NCBI GenBank assembly: GCA_963721455.1
Contig: CAVRJG010000048.1
Span: 1-33,845 of the forward strand
DNA length: 33,845 nt
Direction: 5' to 3'
Origin: an uncultured Methanosarcinaceae archaeon
GTDB taxonomy: Archaea; Halobacteriota; Methanosarcinia; Methanosarcinales; Methanosarcinaceae
Shown: in pieces, positions 9,839-19,348 of the stretch
Layout of the letters: every line of letters begins with the position of its first letter
Position numbering within the stretch: the first letter of the stretch is position 1
The notes under the pieces: model-generated
Told to the model about the DNA's origin: nothing
Seen by the model: the letters and a program-made list of their open reading frames with translations, nothing else
The model's database searches: none
Program-made: the position numbers and the translations under genes

Positions 9839-10195
9839 AGTATCACCTTTACTGGCTCCGGGATAAACAGGAATAATATACCCGCTCACTCAGGAAATCA
9901 ATCCTATAGCTGTCCTTTATTATGCAGGAAGGCTGTTTATCGGTCAGAGAATTGTTTATAAAGAATAATTTTCAATCAAGAATATTTCGATCAGAAGACC
10001 GGCTATTAATCGGCGGCAGTTTACCCGGATGAAGGTTTGGCCAGCCGCCCTGGGTTAACGGATAAGGTTATTTATGCGATAAAAGGGTGTCCAGCCGATC
10101 GAGGTTATTACCGGAATTAGACACAGTAATTCTTTCATGCAATTTGCTATCGGTATAGGAAGAATCCAATATATAGCTACTGTTGTATTTTTTAA

Positions 10196-11392
10196 TTATA
10201 CTATGAAAATCCGGTCATTTTTCCTTACTTCGCCGTCAACAGCGAGGCCTACGTTTTCCCCTTTTTCAGCCCTTGCAAGGGCTTCGCCTTTTATCTTCAG
10301 AGAGCTAACCCGCTGCCTAAGGTAAGTGGTATTTCCTTCAATTACGATCTCATCTCCGACTGTAATCCCTTCTTCGAGAAGCCTGACGGCTGCAGCCTGC
10401 TGTTTTGGATAATAATTTTCGATAACTCCCACAGCCCTGCGCTTCTTTTCCGAGGCATTCATATCTTTTTCAGGAGAAAAGCCGTCAAGGCCCGGGACCC
10501 CAAAGTAAAAGCCTGTCGAAAAGCCCCTGTTATAAACAGAAGCAAGTTCGCGCCTCCAGGTTTCTGTTTTTTCAGGAGTATGGTTTCCTTCTCTGCATGC
10601 ATCGATTGCCTCCCTGTAGCAGCGCGAAACAACTTCAAGATAACCGGGACCCCGCAGCCGCCCTTCTACTTTAAAGGCACTTATGCCGGCTTCAAGAAGT
10701 TCGGGAATATACCCTATCATGCATAGGTCTTTTGCACTGAGAAGGTACTTCCCAAGGCTTTCTGCAACAAGCCCGTTTTCCCCGTGAAGCTCCCATTTCC
10801 ACCTGCAGGGCTGGGTGCACTCCCCGCAATTCCCGGACTTCCCGAGAGCGTAAGCCGACAGGTGGCATCTGCCCGAAACTGCCATGCACATTGCACCGTG
10901 CACGAAAGTTTCGATTTCCACTTCAGTTTGCTGACCTATTTTCCGTATCTCTTCAAGGGAAAGTTCTCTCGAAAGCACAATGCGCTCTGCCCCGAGAGTT
11001 CTGTAAAAATTTGCAGTTTCGTGGTTTGTAACGTTTGCCTGCGTGGAGATATGGATTCGAAGCCCTGCTTTCCGCGCCTTCAGGATCACAGCCGGATCCC
11101 AGGCGATAACTGCATCTACTCCTGCGTTTGAAGCTGCAGTTACCACATCCGATACTTCCTCGAGCCGGCTCTCATTTACTGCCGAGTTTACAGCCAGATA
11201 AGCCCTGAGACCTCTCGCTTTCACCTCATAAACAAACTCGCCAAGGGATTCCAGAGTAATTTCTTTTGCTTTTGCCCTCAGGCTGAGCCTGTCGGTTGAA
11301 AAATAGACAGCATCCGCATAGCTGGAACAGGCCTCAAGCCCTGCAAGGTTCCTGATACCCAGGATGAGTTCAGGTTTTGAACTTTTACGCAT
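10196..11392 (-). CDS. Peptidase U32 family Fe-S protein (TrhP/RlhA-like hydroxylation family)
   Basis: HISTQAN, LSRELS, ETFVHGAMCMAVSGRC, GECTQPCR, FKVEGR; C-terminal beta-barrel-like domain; likely start ATG 11392. Confidence 0.88.
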   Translation of the reverse strand: MRKSSKPELILGIRNLAGLEACSSYADAVYFSTDRLSLRAKAKEITLESLGEFVYEVKARGLRAYLAVNSAVNESRLEEVSDVVTAASNAGVDAVIAWDPAVILKARKAGLRIHISTQANVTNHETANFYRTLGAERIVLSRELSLEEIRKIGQQTEVEIETFVHGAMCMAVSGRCHLSAYALGKSGNCGECTQPCRWKWELHGENGLVAESLGKYLLSAKDLCMIGYIPELLEAGISAFKVEGRLRGPGYLEVVSRCYREAIDACREGNHTPEKTETWRRELASVYNRGFSTGFYFGVPGLDGFSPEKDMNASEKKRRAVGVIENYYPKQQAAAVRLLEEGITVGDEIVIEGNTTYLRQRVSSLKIKGEALARAEKGENVGLAVDGEVRKNDRIFIV

Positions 11393-11509
11393 GAAAACAG
11401 AAAATACCATACATTTCATTTAAAAATATCTTATCGTCCCCACACAGTATAATAAATAATGGGAAGAAATGTTAACTTTTGGTATTCGGCAGGAAGATAT
11501 ACAGGTTTA

Positions 11510-11525
11510 CAGAAAACTTTATATA
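11510..11525 (+). promoter_or_regulatory. Archaeal BRE/TATA promoter upstream of the 22-aa sORF
   Basis: CAGAAAAC followed by TTTATATA (11518-11525). Confidence 0.6.
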
Positions 11526-11638
11526 AATGAAGAGCATTTTCCAAAATGGGGATTAAGGTAAATTCAAAGAAATCGTTTTTGTGAATAATCAAAGACAAAA
11601 ATAATCTACTGTTATCACAATAGAAGATGGGGGATAAA

Positions 11639-11707
11639 ATGGAATACGAACTCGAAGAAGTCGAGAGAGATTATATCGAATTCAGAAGAGAAATGGGCGA
11701 AGAATAA
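11639..11707 (+). CDS. Candidate small acidic protein MEYELEEVERDYIEFRREMGEE (22 aa)
   Basis: ATG preceded by GGGGGA; own promoter; followed by a possible stem (11721-11790) and a T-rich tract (~11803-11817). Confidence 0.55.
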   Translation: MEYELEEVERDYIEFRREMGEE

Positions 11708-11952
11708 ACTGTAAAATGAAGGTGGGAAGCGGCATATTCAAGAAAGAAATTTAATTTTTCAAAAATGAAGTTAACAGCCGCATCAACACCGAAACCATAT
11801 ATTTTTATTTTTTTGTTAAAAGATATCAAAAGACTTTTTTGCTGCTTTTCGGATTTTTATATGGACCGATCAGATTATTAAATCTATGCGAAAACTCTTA
11901 TATTTATGAAGACTATTTTACTTTTTAAAATAAGTAAATTTCAGGTTTTACC

Positions 11953-12483
11953 ATGGGCTTCGTAAATATATTTAGAGATATCCTGTTACAACCCTCAGAC
12001 TTCTTCAAGCGGGTATCCTCAGAAAAAGATTTTTCTGATCCTGTAATTTTTGCTCTCATATGCAGTCTGATCCCCGGAACAATACTGATGAGAGAAAAGA
12101 TCACCTGGGAAGCTCTTCCCTTCTTCTTTGCCGGATTCCTGTTTGTCTTTATCACGCGTCTTTTTATTGATAGTGCTGTTTTACACGGATTATTTAAGAT
12201 GTTTGGAGGAGAAGCTGTCTACCCGAAATCCCTCCAGATTCTATCATATTCATACGCAGCGTATCTGTTTGTCACGATTCCTATCCTGGCGATCGAATTC
12301 GAAATCGTCCCCGTAGATTTCAGCCTGATATTCACATTGTATGGTGTATACCTGATAACCAGAGGAGGCCAGTTAATTCATAACCTGAATTTTAAAAAAT
12401 CAGCTTTCGCTGCAATCTTATGGGAATCCTGGTACCTTGTCACGTCTTTTATCCTGGTTACTTTCCTGGGGATCTCTTTATAA
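11953..12483 (+). CDS. Yip1-family membrane protein
   Basis: N-terminal ILLQPSDFF, about five hydrophobic segments, HGLFKMFGG..YPKSLQILSYS, HNLNFKKS. Confidence 0.75.
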   Translation: MGFVNIFRDILLQPSDFFKRVSSEKDFSDPVIFALICSLIPGTILMREKITWEALPFFFAGFLFVFITRLFIDSAVLHGLFKMFGGEAVYPKSLQILSYSYAAYLFVTIPILAIEFEIVPVDFSLIFTLYGVYLITRGGQLIHNLNFKKSAFAAILWESWYLVTSFILVTFLGISL

Positions 12484-12513
12484 TATAAAGAGATTTTTCA
12501 TAAATTTCCTTAT

Positions 12514-12644
12514 GAGCTGATCCCAAAACCCATTTTATTCTTTAATAGTTGAATTTTTCAGGATTGTTTTCGGGATCAAAAACTTATTTGGCCACTTAAA
12601 ATACGCGATCTAAAGAAGCTAATTTTGAGTTCAGGAATCGGCTC
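12514..12644. mobile_element. Degenerate ~131-bp MITE-like element
   Basis: Imperfect TIRs GAGCTGATCCCAAAACCC / GAGTTCAGGAATCGGCTC (13 of 18 positions pair); a related single end GCCTATCCCGAAAC occurs at ~29364. Confidence 0.5.
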
Positions 12645-13387
12645 TTTAATAAAGAGTAAGTTTATTAAAAATGATATCACTTTTAAATTGTAAAAATTTG
12701 TACCCTTTAGAAGATCATAAGATCTTCATCTTCATTTTCTGGATATAAATTTAACTTTAACTCCTCCAAGATATCGAAAATGAGTTCCATAACCTGCAAG
12801 GATTTCGCTGAATTTCATACCATGCCCAGGTGTTTGAATTAAATTTGAAGAAGTATTTCACGCACAAAAAAGCCCCTGGCACTGATCTTTCCTTCACAGG
12901 AGCTACACCAGGCTCCGGAAATAAAGAGCAAAGAACAAATCAGCTTTAAACAACATTCTAGAACAGACTTATAGAAAAATATCCATGTGGATTCGGTTAA
13001 GGTGCAAAACGTCAAAAAGTGTTATTTTTTATGTAATATATCTAAAAATTATGTTGGAAAATCGCTACACGTGGTATTCGAAGTTGTGCATAAAATTCGT
13101 TAACCGATGACCAATGGAAAAATATCTATATAAATAAACGAAAACTTTACTATTTCCGGTACTGAAAACTTTAAAAGCATAATGTAGAAATTTATATATA
13201 AAGTTTCAGTCCGGGAGATCCTATTTTTCCTATTTTCAGTTTTATTACAAACATATTAAGTGAACTGCAAAGCATTTCAACATAATAAATTGTTTAATGC
13301 ATAATTTATAACTGGCGCGGCAACCCATCAGAAAATGAAATTAATAGTTTAAGAACAGAAAGATTTTTAAAAAAGATTTAAAAGTTA

Positions 13388-13473
13388 CGCTGAGGGGGAG
13401 ATTCGAACTCCCGTAGCGCGTGAGCACTACCGGTTTTCAAGACCGGCGCCGTAGTCCGCTGGGCTACCTCAGC
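13388..13473 (-). tRNA. tRNA-Ser(TGA)
   Basis: Acceptor GCTGAGG/CCTCAGC, anticodon arm CCGGT-CTTGAAA-ACCGG, long variable arm, T-loop GTTCGAATC, discriminator G, no encoded CCA. Confidence 0.95.
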
Positions 13474-13626
13474 AGGTTGAAAGAATGGTTCTTGCAACTT
13501 CCGAAAAGGGAATGATGCGGATTATCCTGACATTCAGGGAAGCGTATACAGAGAACCTGATTATTATATATAAAATTTGCGAAGAGAAAGGGCTCTTCGC
13601 TTTTTCGGTACAGTTTCAGGCTGAAA

Positions 13627-14390
13627 TCAGATTTCCGGTTCTGAAGGCTCTTCACTTCGGCTTCAGCTCCGGCTTCAGCTTCGGCTTTAGCTTGGGATTC
13701 GATCTCGGCAAGTTCCTGGGCTTCGGACTCGGCCGTGAGCTTTTCAATGATCTGGATTTCCGTAAAGCCGACGTACTTAAAGAGTTCGGATGCGACCCTG
13801 TTCTTTGCCATGAGCCAGCGCTGGTTGAAGGTCAGGCCCGTGGGTATATAGATCTTTGCAACTCCGTCAGCGGTCTCGATTTCCAGATCCCTGATGCCGG
13901 TGTAGAGGGCGAGCAGTCCCTGGATCTTCTCGGTGTCAATCTCAAGGATTTTTTCAATGGTGTACTCGTAGGTAACTGTCTTGCCTGCAAGAGGGCTGTT
14001 AAAGTCCACAGTGACCCTGCGGCCTATGACCCTGCTGACAATACCTTTCCTGCCTTCAAGCTCAACAGCAAGGCCAGGGTGGACATTTCTGTCCTGCAGT
14101 TTTGTAATGGAAACGGTTTCTATAAGCTTTGGGCTGCTCGGGCCAAAAGCCTTTTCCGGAGAGATTACAACGGTTCCGCTGTAACCGACTTCCTTTCCTT
14201 CGAGATCTTCATCAAGGCCTTCGATAGTATGTCCTGCCCCGACAATAACAACGTCTCCGCCGTAAAGCCCGCGCGGATTAAAGATATCTTCTTTTTTTGC
14301 AAGCTCTTCGTCTGTTGTATCGAAAATCTTGCCGTCTTCGAACCTACCTGTGTAGCTTAACTTTATGAAATCGCCTTTCTGGATTGCCAT
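13627..14390 (-). CDS. Long-type archaeal FKBP peptidyl-prolyl isomerase (SlyD-like), with apparent 1-nt frameshift near the 3' end
   Basis: MAIQKGDFIKLSYTG...FDTT...PEKAFG...VDFNSPLAGK; acidic tail continues as EEPSEPEI* (TGA 13627-13629) in a shifted frame, while the unshifted frame runs into the tRNA. Confidence 0.85.
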
Positions 14391-15003
14391 AATTTTCAAC
14401 TCTTCTATTAAATTAGCTAAATTGATAAGCAAGGAAATTATTCTTTGTCAGCCAAATTTCGGAAATTTTGGAGTAAATGTGTTTCACGCTATAGAACTCT
14501 GCCTTTAATAAGCTTTTTGGGAATCAGCAAGGTTACTGAAGATCTTACCGGTCATTACAAAAAATTTGGATTTCAAAGGAATTCTCCGGAACCCGCATCT
14601 GTTGACATCTGGACTTACTTTTAGCGGGCTTTTGCCTTGAAAATGAGCAGGTAAGACTTTTTCTTTTTCTTTTTTAGGAAGCGGTTAACTTCTGCAAGAA
14701 TATCCCTATCCTGCAAATTGCTCAGATAAAAGTAAAGGTTCCGGCAGGGAAAATTTCTATCCAGATATCTTGAGTCTGATATATTTTTAAGTTTGATGCA
14801 CTTTCTCATATTCCATATGTCTTTCGATTACTATTTATGCCACTGAATTACAATAAAATATTAAAATATAACTCTGGCTATTGTAGTGGGAATTCGGGAT
14901 ATATAGATAATTTTTTGAGTTCAGGCATCCGGTTGTATTTTCAGCCGGTTGAATGCCTGGAGAGGATGCTTAAGAGAAGGATTTCCGTTTTCAGGAGGGG
15001 TAT

Positions 15004-15447
15004 ATGGAAAAGAGGCTTATGAGAATAGGGATTTCCCTGCCCGGGAAACTTCTGGACAAATTTGACAAAACTCTTCTGAAGAGAGGCTACTCCTCTCGCT
15101 CTGAGGGTATAAGGGATGCCATAAGGACATACAATCAGCATTATGAATGGATGCAGCAAATCAGGGGAACAAGGGCTGCAACGATTTCTATTGTATACGA
15201 TTGCTCAAAGACAGGGGTATCGAACACCCTGGCAAAAATCCAGCACGAAAATACGGATCTGATAAATTCCTCAGTACGTTTCCATATAGAGGCGGATTCC
15301 TGTTTTGAAGTAATAATTCTGGAGGGAGAAGGGGAGAAAATAGTCGAGCTGGTTGAAAAGATTCTAAGTTTAAAGGGAGTTAAGCACTCCAGGTTAACAA
15401 CCATCCCTAAAGAGAAAATTGAAAAAGCGGACTTGGAAGCCTTCTGA
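15004..15447 (+). CDS. nikR: NikR-family ribbon-helix-helix/ACT regulator, variant metal site
   Basis: RIGISLP...FD...RGYSSRSEGIRDAIR; C-terminal IQH...FH.....CFEVIILEG...LKGVKHSRL. Confidence 0.85.
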   Translation: MEKRLMRIGISLPGKLLDKFDKTLLKRGYSSRSEGIRDAIRTYNQHYEWMQQIRGTRAATISIVYDCSKTGVSNTLAKIQHENTDLINSSVRFHIEADSCFEVIILEGEGEKIVELVEKILSLKGVKHSRLTTIPKEKIEKADLEAF

Positions 15448-15510
15448 TTCTGGAAATGGTCCAATCCAGAAGTAAATTCGCCAATTGCTACTCGCTTAAA
15501 GGTGATTTGT

Positions 15511-16080
15511 ATGGGTCTCACAAAAGTTCAGGCTACATTAAGTGTGTATTTAATGAGTTTTGAGGGATTGGTGCGGGATATTATCGGGACTTTATTTATA
15601 CAGAGATGGAGACAGATAGAGAAAGAAAACGTCGTACCTGTAGAAGACTCCATGCTTTCTGAAGTAACCAGGATTCAATCTGAGGGATTTGAGAATAAAA
15701 ACCGGGATGGCGTTAGAAGATATTCGAAAAGAATGAGAAAAATATTTTACGTAATCAAAAGCCAGGACCAGGTTGTGGGCTACTGCATATACTACATAAA
15801 ACCCTTTCTGTCTCCAAAGGGCTTTAAGAAAAAATCGGTGATTTATTCAATCGCAGTAGACAGAAACTTTAGAAGAAAAAGCTTTGGTGAAAAGTTACTG
15901 AAAGAGAGCATCAAAGAAATGAGGCTAAATGGAATATCATCGGTTCACTTATATGTAAACACAAAAAATCTTCCTGCCATCCATCTGTACGAAAAATCCG
16001 GTTTTAGAATAATCAACGAAATAAGAGACATATGCGGCCCGCAGGAAACATGTTATGAAATGGAATTAAGACTTATTTAA
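15511..16080 (+). CDS. GNAT (RimI-like) N-acetyltransferase, copy 1
   Basis: IYSIAVDRNFRRKSFG, LYVNTKNLPAIHLYEKSGF; ATG 15511 after AAGGTGA. Confidence 0.85.
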   Translation: MGLTKVQATLSVYLMSFEGLVRDIIGTLFIQRWRQIEKENVVPVEDSMLSEVTRIQSEGFENKNRDGVRRYSKRMRKIFYVIKSQDQVVGYCIYYIKPFLSPKGFKKKSVIYSIAVDRNFRRKSFGEKLLKESIKEMRLNGISSVHLYVNTKNLPAIHLYEKSGFRIINEIRDICGPQETCYEMELRLI

Positions 16081-16244
16081 TTTCAGGTCTTCGTAACTCT
16101 TACAAACATTTTTCGATGGGAGCCCATAAATAAAGAAAGCCATACCCACATCAAAATTGATTTTATTTAAATGCTCTTTTTGCATAATAAGATATCTTTA
16201 AATAAAGATAGTATTCTTTAACACGCGTTTGATTACATCACTTA

Positions 16245-16525
16245 GAGCGTGTCTTAAAATTAAATTTGGTTCTATAATTGGAATAGGACTTACACACTTG
16301 AACTGAAAAACAGTATAATTAAGCCGTTAAATGTCAAAAGTGTAATTTTAAGCAAAGGTGGTTATTGCATTTGATTTCATACATAGAGTGCGTAAGTCCT
16401 ATGGGATAAAGTAATATCTTAAGTTTCAGTGTGTACCTGAATTTCGGAAAATTTGCTATCTGAATCTAAAATTAACGTTGCTCATTGTCCAATTGTAGAA
16501 ATAGTTTGAATTTTAAGACAGCCTC
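16245..16525. mobile_element. Outer MITE with TTA target duplication (IS5-like ends, by inference)
   Basis: Imperfect TIRs GAGCGTGTCTTAAAATTAAA / TTGAATTTTAAGACAGCCTC; TTA on both flanks (16242-16244, 16526-16528). Confidence 0.7.
16284..16401. mobile_element. Inner 118-bp MITE with IS701-type ends
   Basis: TAGGACTTAC...GTAAGTCCTA; same length as 1288-1405; flanks TGGAA/TGGGA (5-bp duplication with one mismatch). Confidence 0.8.
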
Positions 16526-16634
16526 TTAGGTGTGTGGAACACCTGCTGCCTTTAAAGGGACAGGTTTTTTAATATTAAATTATAAGACTTCTCAAAGATA
16601 ATTTCACCAATGGATTTACTTAAAAGTGATTTGG

Positions 16635-17204
16635 ATGGGTCTCACAAAAGTTCACACTCGATCAGTTACATATTTAATGAATTTTAAAAAGCTGCTGCAA
16701 GATACTGCTGGCGTTTTCCTTCTGAGGCAGTGGAAACAGACAGAAAAGGAAAACATCGTATCTATAGAAGATTTTATGCTTCCGGAAATTCTTAAAATCC
16801 ACGCAGACGGATTTAAAAACGGAAGCCCGAAAAAGCTTGTAAAGTATTCAAAGAATTCCAGAAATATCTTTTATGTTATCAAGAATAGGGATAAGGTTGT
16901 AGGCTACTGCATATACTACCTGAAGCCGACATTTTCTTTCAAAGGTTTTGAGAAACAATCGGTAATATATTCAATTGCAACCGACAGGAATTTCAGAGGC
17001 ATGGGTTTTGCCGAGAAGTTGTTAGAGAATAGTATCGAGGAAATGAAGTTAAACGGAATATCATCCATTATCTTATATGTAGATGTAAATAACCTTCCTG
17101 CCATACGGCTGTACGAAAAAACTGGCTTTCGGGCAATCAAAGAAGTAAAAAACGTATGCGGCCAGAAAGAGACGTGTTACGAAATGGAATTAAGACTTGT
17201 TTGA
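16635..17204 (+). CDS. GNAT (RimI-like) N-acetyltransferase, copy 2
   Basis: IYSIATDRNFRGMGFA, LYVDVNNLPAIRLYEKTGF; same length as and colinear with copy 1. Confidence 0.85.
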   Translation: MGLTKVHTRSVTYLMNFKKLLQDTAGVFLLRQWKQTEKENIVSIEDFMLPEILKIHADGFKNGSPKKLVKYSKNSRNIFYVIKNRDKVVGYCIYYLKPTFSFKGFEKQSVIYSIATDRNFRGMGFAEKLLENSIEEMKLNGISSIILYVDVNNLPAIRLYEKTGFRAIKEVKNVCGQKETCYEMELRLV

Positions 17205-17468
17205 CTTATTTCCCACGTCTTTCTTTAAAATCTGATTCTCTTGAACTTATTGGTTATCCATGCCAGTTAATTTTAAAATGAAATTGCCCGATCGATGAGA
17301 TTGGTTTATCAATAAAACTGATATATGTAACCTTTATCATTGCGTCAAGATAACTGCGACGTTCTTCTGATTTTGTTCTTGCAGGTAATTTCCAGATCAA
17401 TTGAGTACCGTTCAGGCCATTTTACGCTTCAGGATATATTTAAATAATAATCGGGTTCACACTTCAAT

Positions 17469-18614
17469 GTGCCTGTGGTCAACGTCCTTGTATTTCTTGG
17501 CGGGCTCGTATTGCTCGTAAGAGGAGCCGACCTTTTTGTAGTGACCTCATCTTTGATCGCAAAGAGGTTTGGAGTATCTGAGTTCATAATAGGGTTGACT
17601 CTCGTATCCGTGGGCACGTCAGTGCCTGAACTTGCATCCTCTCTGACAGCATCTTTCCAGCAGGCAAACGGGATAGTCATAGGCAATATACTCGGATCAA
17701 ACATTGCCAATATAGGGCTGATTGCAAGTACGGCTGCTATTCTGTCAAATATCAGGACCGAGGAGGTTATGCTGAGAAGGGATGGCTATATAATGTTATT
17801 TTCTTCATTTCTCCTTTTTCTCTTTATGCTTGACTTCAAAATATCGAGGCTAGAAGCCTTAGTTTTTCTTTTATTGTATCTTGCCTATCTTTTATTCCTG
17901 CTCGATAAAGTGAAAAAACATGAAGAAGATATTTATTTTAAAGATTTTTTGATCTATTTCCTCAGATTCGAATACTTTTTCGATTTAAAAGCAAGGATCA
18001 GATCCGGAATTCGGAGTTATGGAAAAGAAAACGGAATGCCTGGGCTGCCGTCGGCTCTGGGAACCGGAGAGGAGATTGAAAAGAAGACCGGAGCCGAATC
18101 CGTAACCGAATCGGAAAATGAAAATATTGATGTGGATATTATAGCAGAAAACCTTTCTGAAACCAGCCTTTTAACAGAATTCCTCAAAATGGTTGCAAGC
18201 GGGATTGCAATCATTATTGGGGCAAAGTACTTTGTTGAACAGTCAATCTTCTTCGCAGTACTTCTTAAAGTCCCGGAAACACTTATTGGAATTAGTCTTG
18301 TTGCAGTTGGGACTTCAGTTCCCGAACTCATGGTAACTGTCTCGGCAGCCCGCAGCGGCTATGCGAACATCGCCCTTGGAAATGTTATAGGGTCAAACAT
18401 TACGAACATACTTCTGGTTATGGGCTGCGCAGGACTTGTCCACCCCCTCACGATAACCGGACTCAGCATATATTACATAGCACCTTTCATGCTGATAATA
18501 AGTACTCTGCTGCTCCTTTTTATCCGAACAGGCTGGAGAATCAAACGGTTCGAAGGGCGGATCCTTCTCCTGCTTTATTCCGGATTCATGATCCTGATCT
18601 TCCGCCTCGGGTAA
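17469..18614 (+). CDS. Calcium/sodium antiporter (CaCA, YrbG-like)
   Basis: Two alpha repeats GTSVPEL...GNILGSNIANI and GTSVPEL...GNVIGSNITNI; multiple TM segments; acidic central loop. Confidence 0.9.
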   Translation: MPVVNVLVFLGGLVLLVRGADLFVVTSSLIAKRFGVSEFIIGLTLVSVGTSVPELASSLTASFQQANGIVIGNILGSNIANIGLIASTAAILSNIRTEEVMLRRDGYIMLFSSFLLFLFMLDFKISRLEALVFLLLYLAYLLFLLDKVKKHEEDIYFKDFLIYFLRFEYFFDLKARIRSGIRSYGKENGMPGLPSALGTGEEIEKKTGAESVTESENENIDVDIIAENLSETSLLTEFLKMVASGIAIIIGAKYFVEQSIFFAVLLKVPETLIGISLVAVGTSVPELMVTVSAARSGYANIALGNVIGSNITNILLVMGCAGLVHPLTITGLSIYYIAPFMLIISTLLLLFIRTGWRIKRFEGRILLLLYSGFMILIFRLG

Positions 18615-18709
18615 GAAAATGCCCTGTTAAGATAAACCCTGGGAAAAAAATATAGAAATCGAAAATTAGCAGGTGTGGAAAGTTGCCAGTGAAAATCCCT
18701 GTTCTCGGT

Positions 18710-18967
18710 TCAATGGTACATACGAGTTAAAGGCTCGATTGTTATAACGACCAGGGTTAGTTTTTCATAATTAACTCTATAAAGCAGTCTTAGATGCCTG
18801 GAACGAAGCCTGAAAATTTTTTCATGGCACTCAATTATTCTTTTTGCCCCCTGGGGAACGGGATCAAGGGCAAGCTCCTCAAGAGTTTCCCTAACCCGGG
18901 AATGCATACTCTCGCCTGCTTCTTCCAGGAAAGCCTGCGCAGGAATATCAAGGAAAACTTCAAACAT
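18710..18967 (-). CDS. RelE/ParE-family toxin-like protein
   Basis: 85 aa; LALDPVPQGAKRI...IFRLRSRHLRLLYRV; start 1 nt after the upstream gene's stop. Confidence 0.75.
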   Translation of the reverse strand: MFEVFLDIPAQAFLEEAGESMHSRVRETLEELALDPVPQGAKRIIECHEKIFRLRSRHLRLLYRVNYEKLTLVVITIEPLTRMYH

Positions 18968-18968
18968 T

Positions 18969-19169
18969 TTAGAGCCTCATTTCTTCAAACTTTTTTAAAG
19001 GTACGAGTTTTCCTCTTGCCTCGTTTTCAAAACTTCTAAAGACTAACTCCTTTTCTTCTGCAGTGAGCAGGCTATCTATATCCACCATATGCTCCTTTAT
19101 TTCCCCAAGTTGTTTTTTGATAAAGTTAAGTTCTTCAAAGAGCTTTTTCTCGACATTCTCCCTATTCAT
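18969..19169 (-). CDS. Putative antitoxin
   Basis: 66-aa helical protein directly upstream of the RelE-like gene; ends RGKLVPLKKFEE. Confidence 0.65.
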   Translation of the reverse strand: MNRENVEKKLFEELNFIKKQLGEIKEHMVDIDSLLTAEEKELVFRSFENEARGKLVPLKKFEEMRL

Positions 19170-19258
19170 AACATCACTGCCTTTACTTACTTATCTGATT
19201 TATCACTTTAAGGAATTCTTTAATATCCTGTTTATTATCCAGAACTGCATATATATGC

Positions 19259-19348
19259 TATTTAACATTCTGATTTATTTAATATTCTGATTTATTTAAT
19301 ATTCTGATTTATTTAACATTCTGATTTATTTAATATTCTGATTTATTT
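19259..19348. repeat. 17-bp tandem repeat x5 (TATTTAAYATTCTGATT)
   Basis: Five head-to-tail copies plus a partial sixth; no spacers. Confidence 0.9.

Noticed and set aside
12660-13380. Possible integrated element downstream of tRNA-Ser
   Set aside because: No integrase and no repeat of the tRNA 3' end noticed in the window; short ORFs there are unrecognisable.
13485-14360. 291-aa plus-strand ORF
   Set aside because: Antisense shadow of the FKBP gene with no recognisable motif.
14621-14809. 62-aa minus-strand basic ORF upstream of the FKBP gene
   Set aside because: No motif or clear RBS, and a poly-Lys run derived from a T tract; cannot support.
19259-19348. Possible CRISPR or iteron array
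   Set aside because: 17-bp units without spacers; no cas or replication initiator gene nearby.
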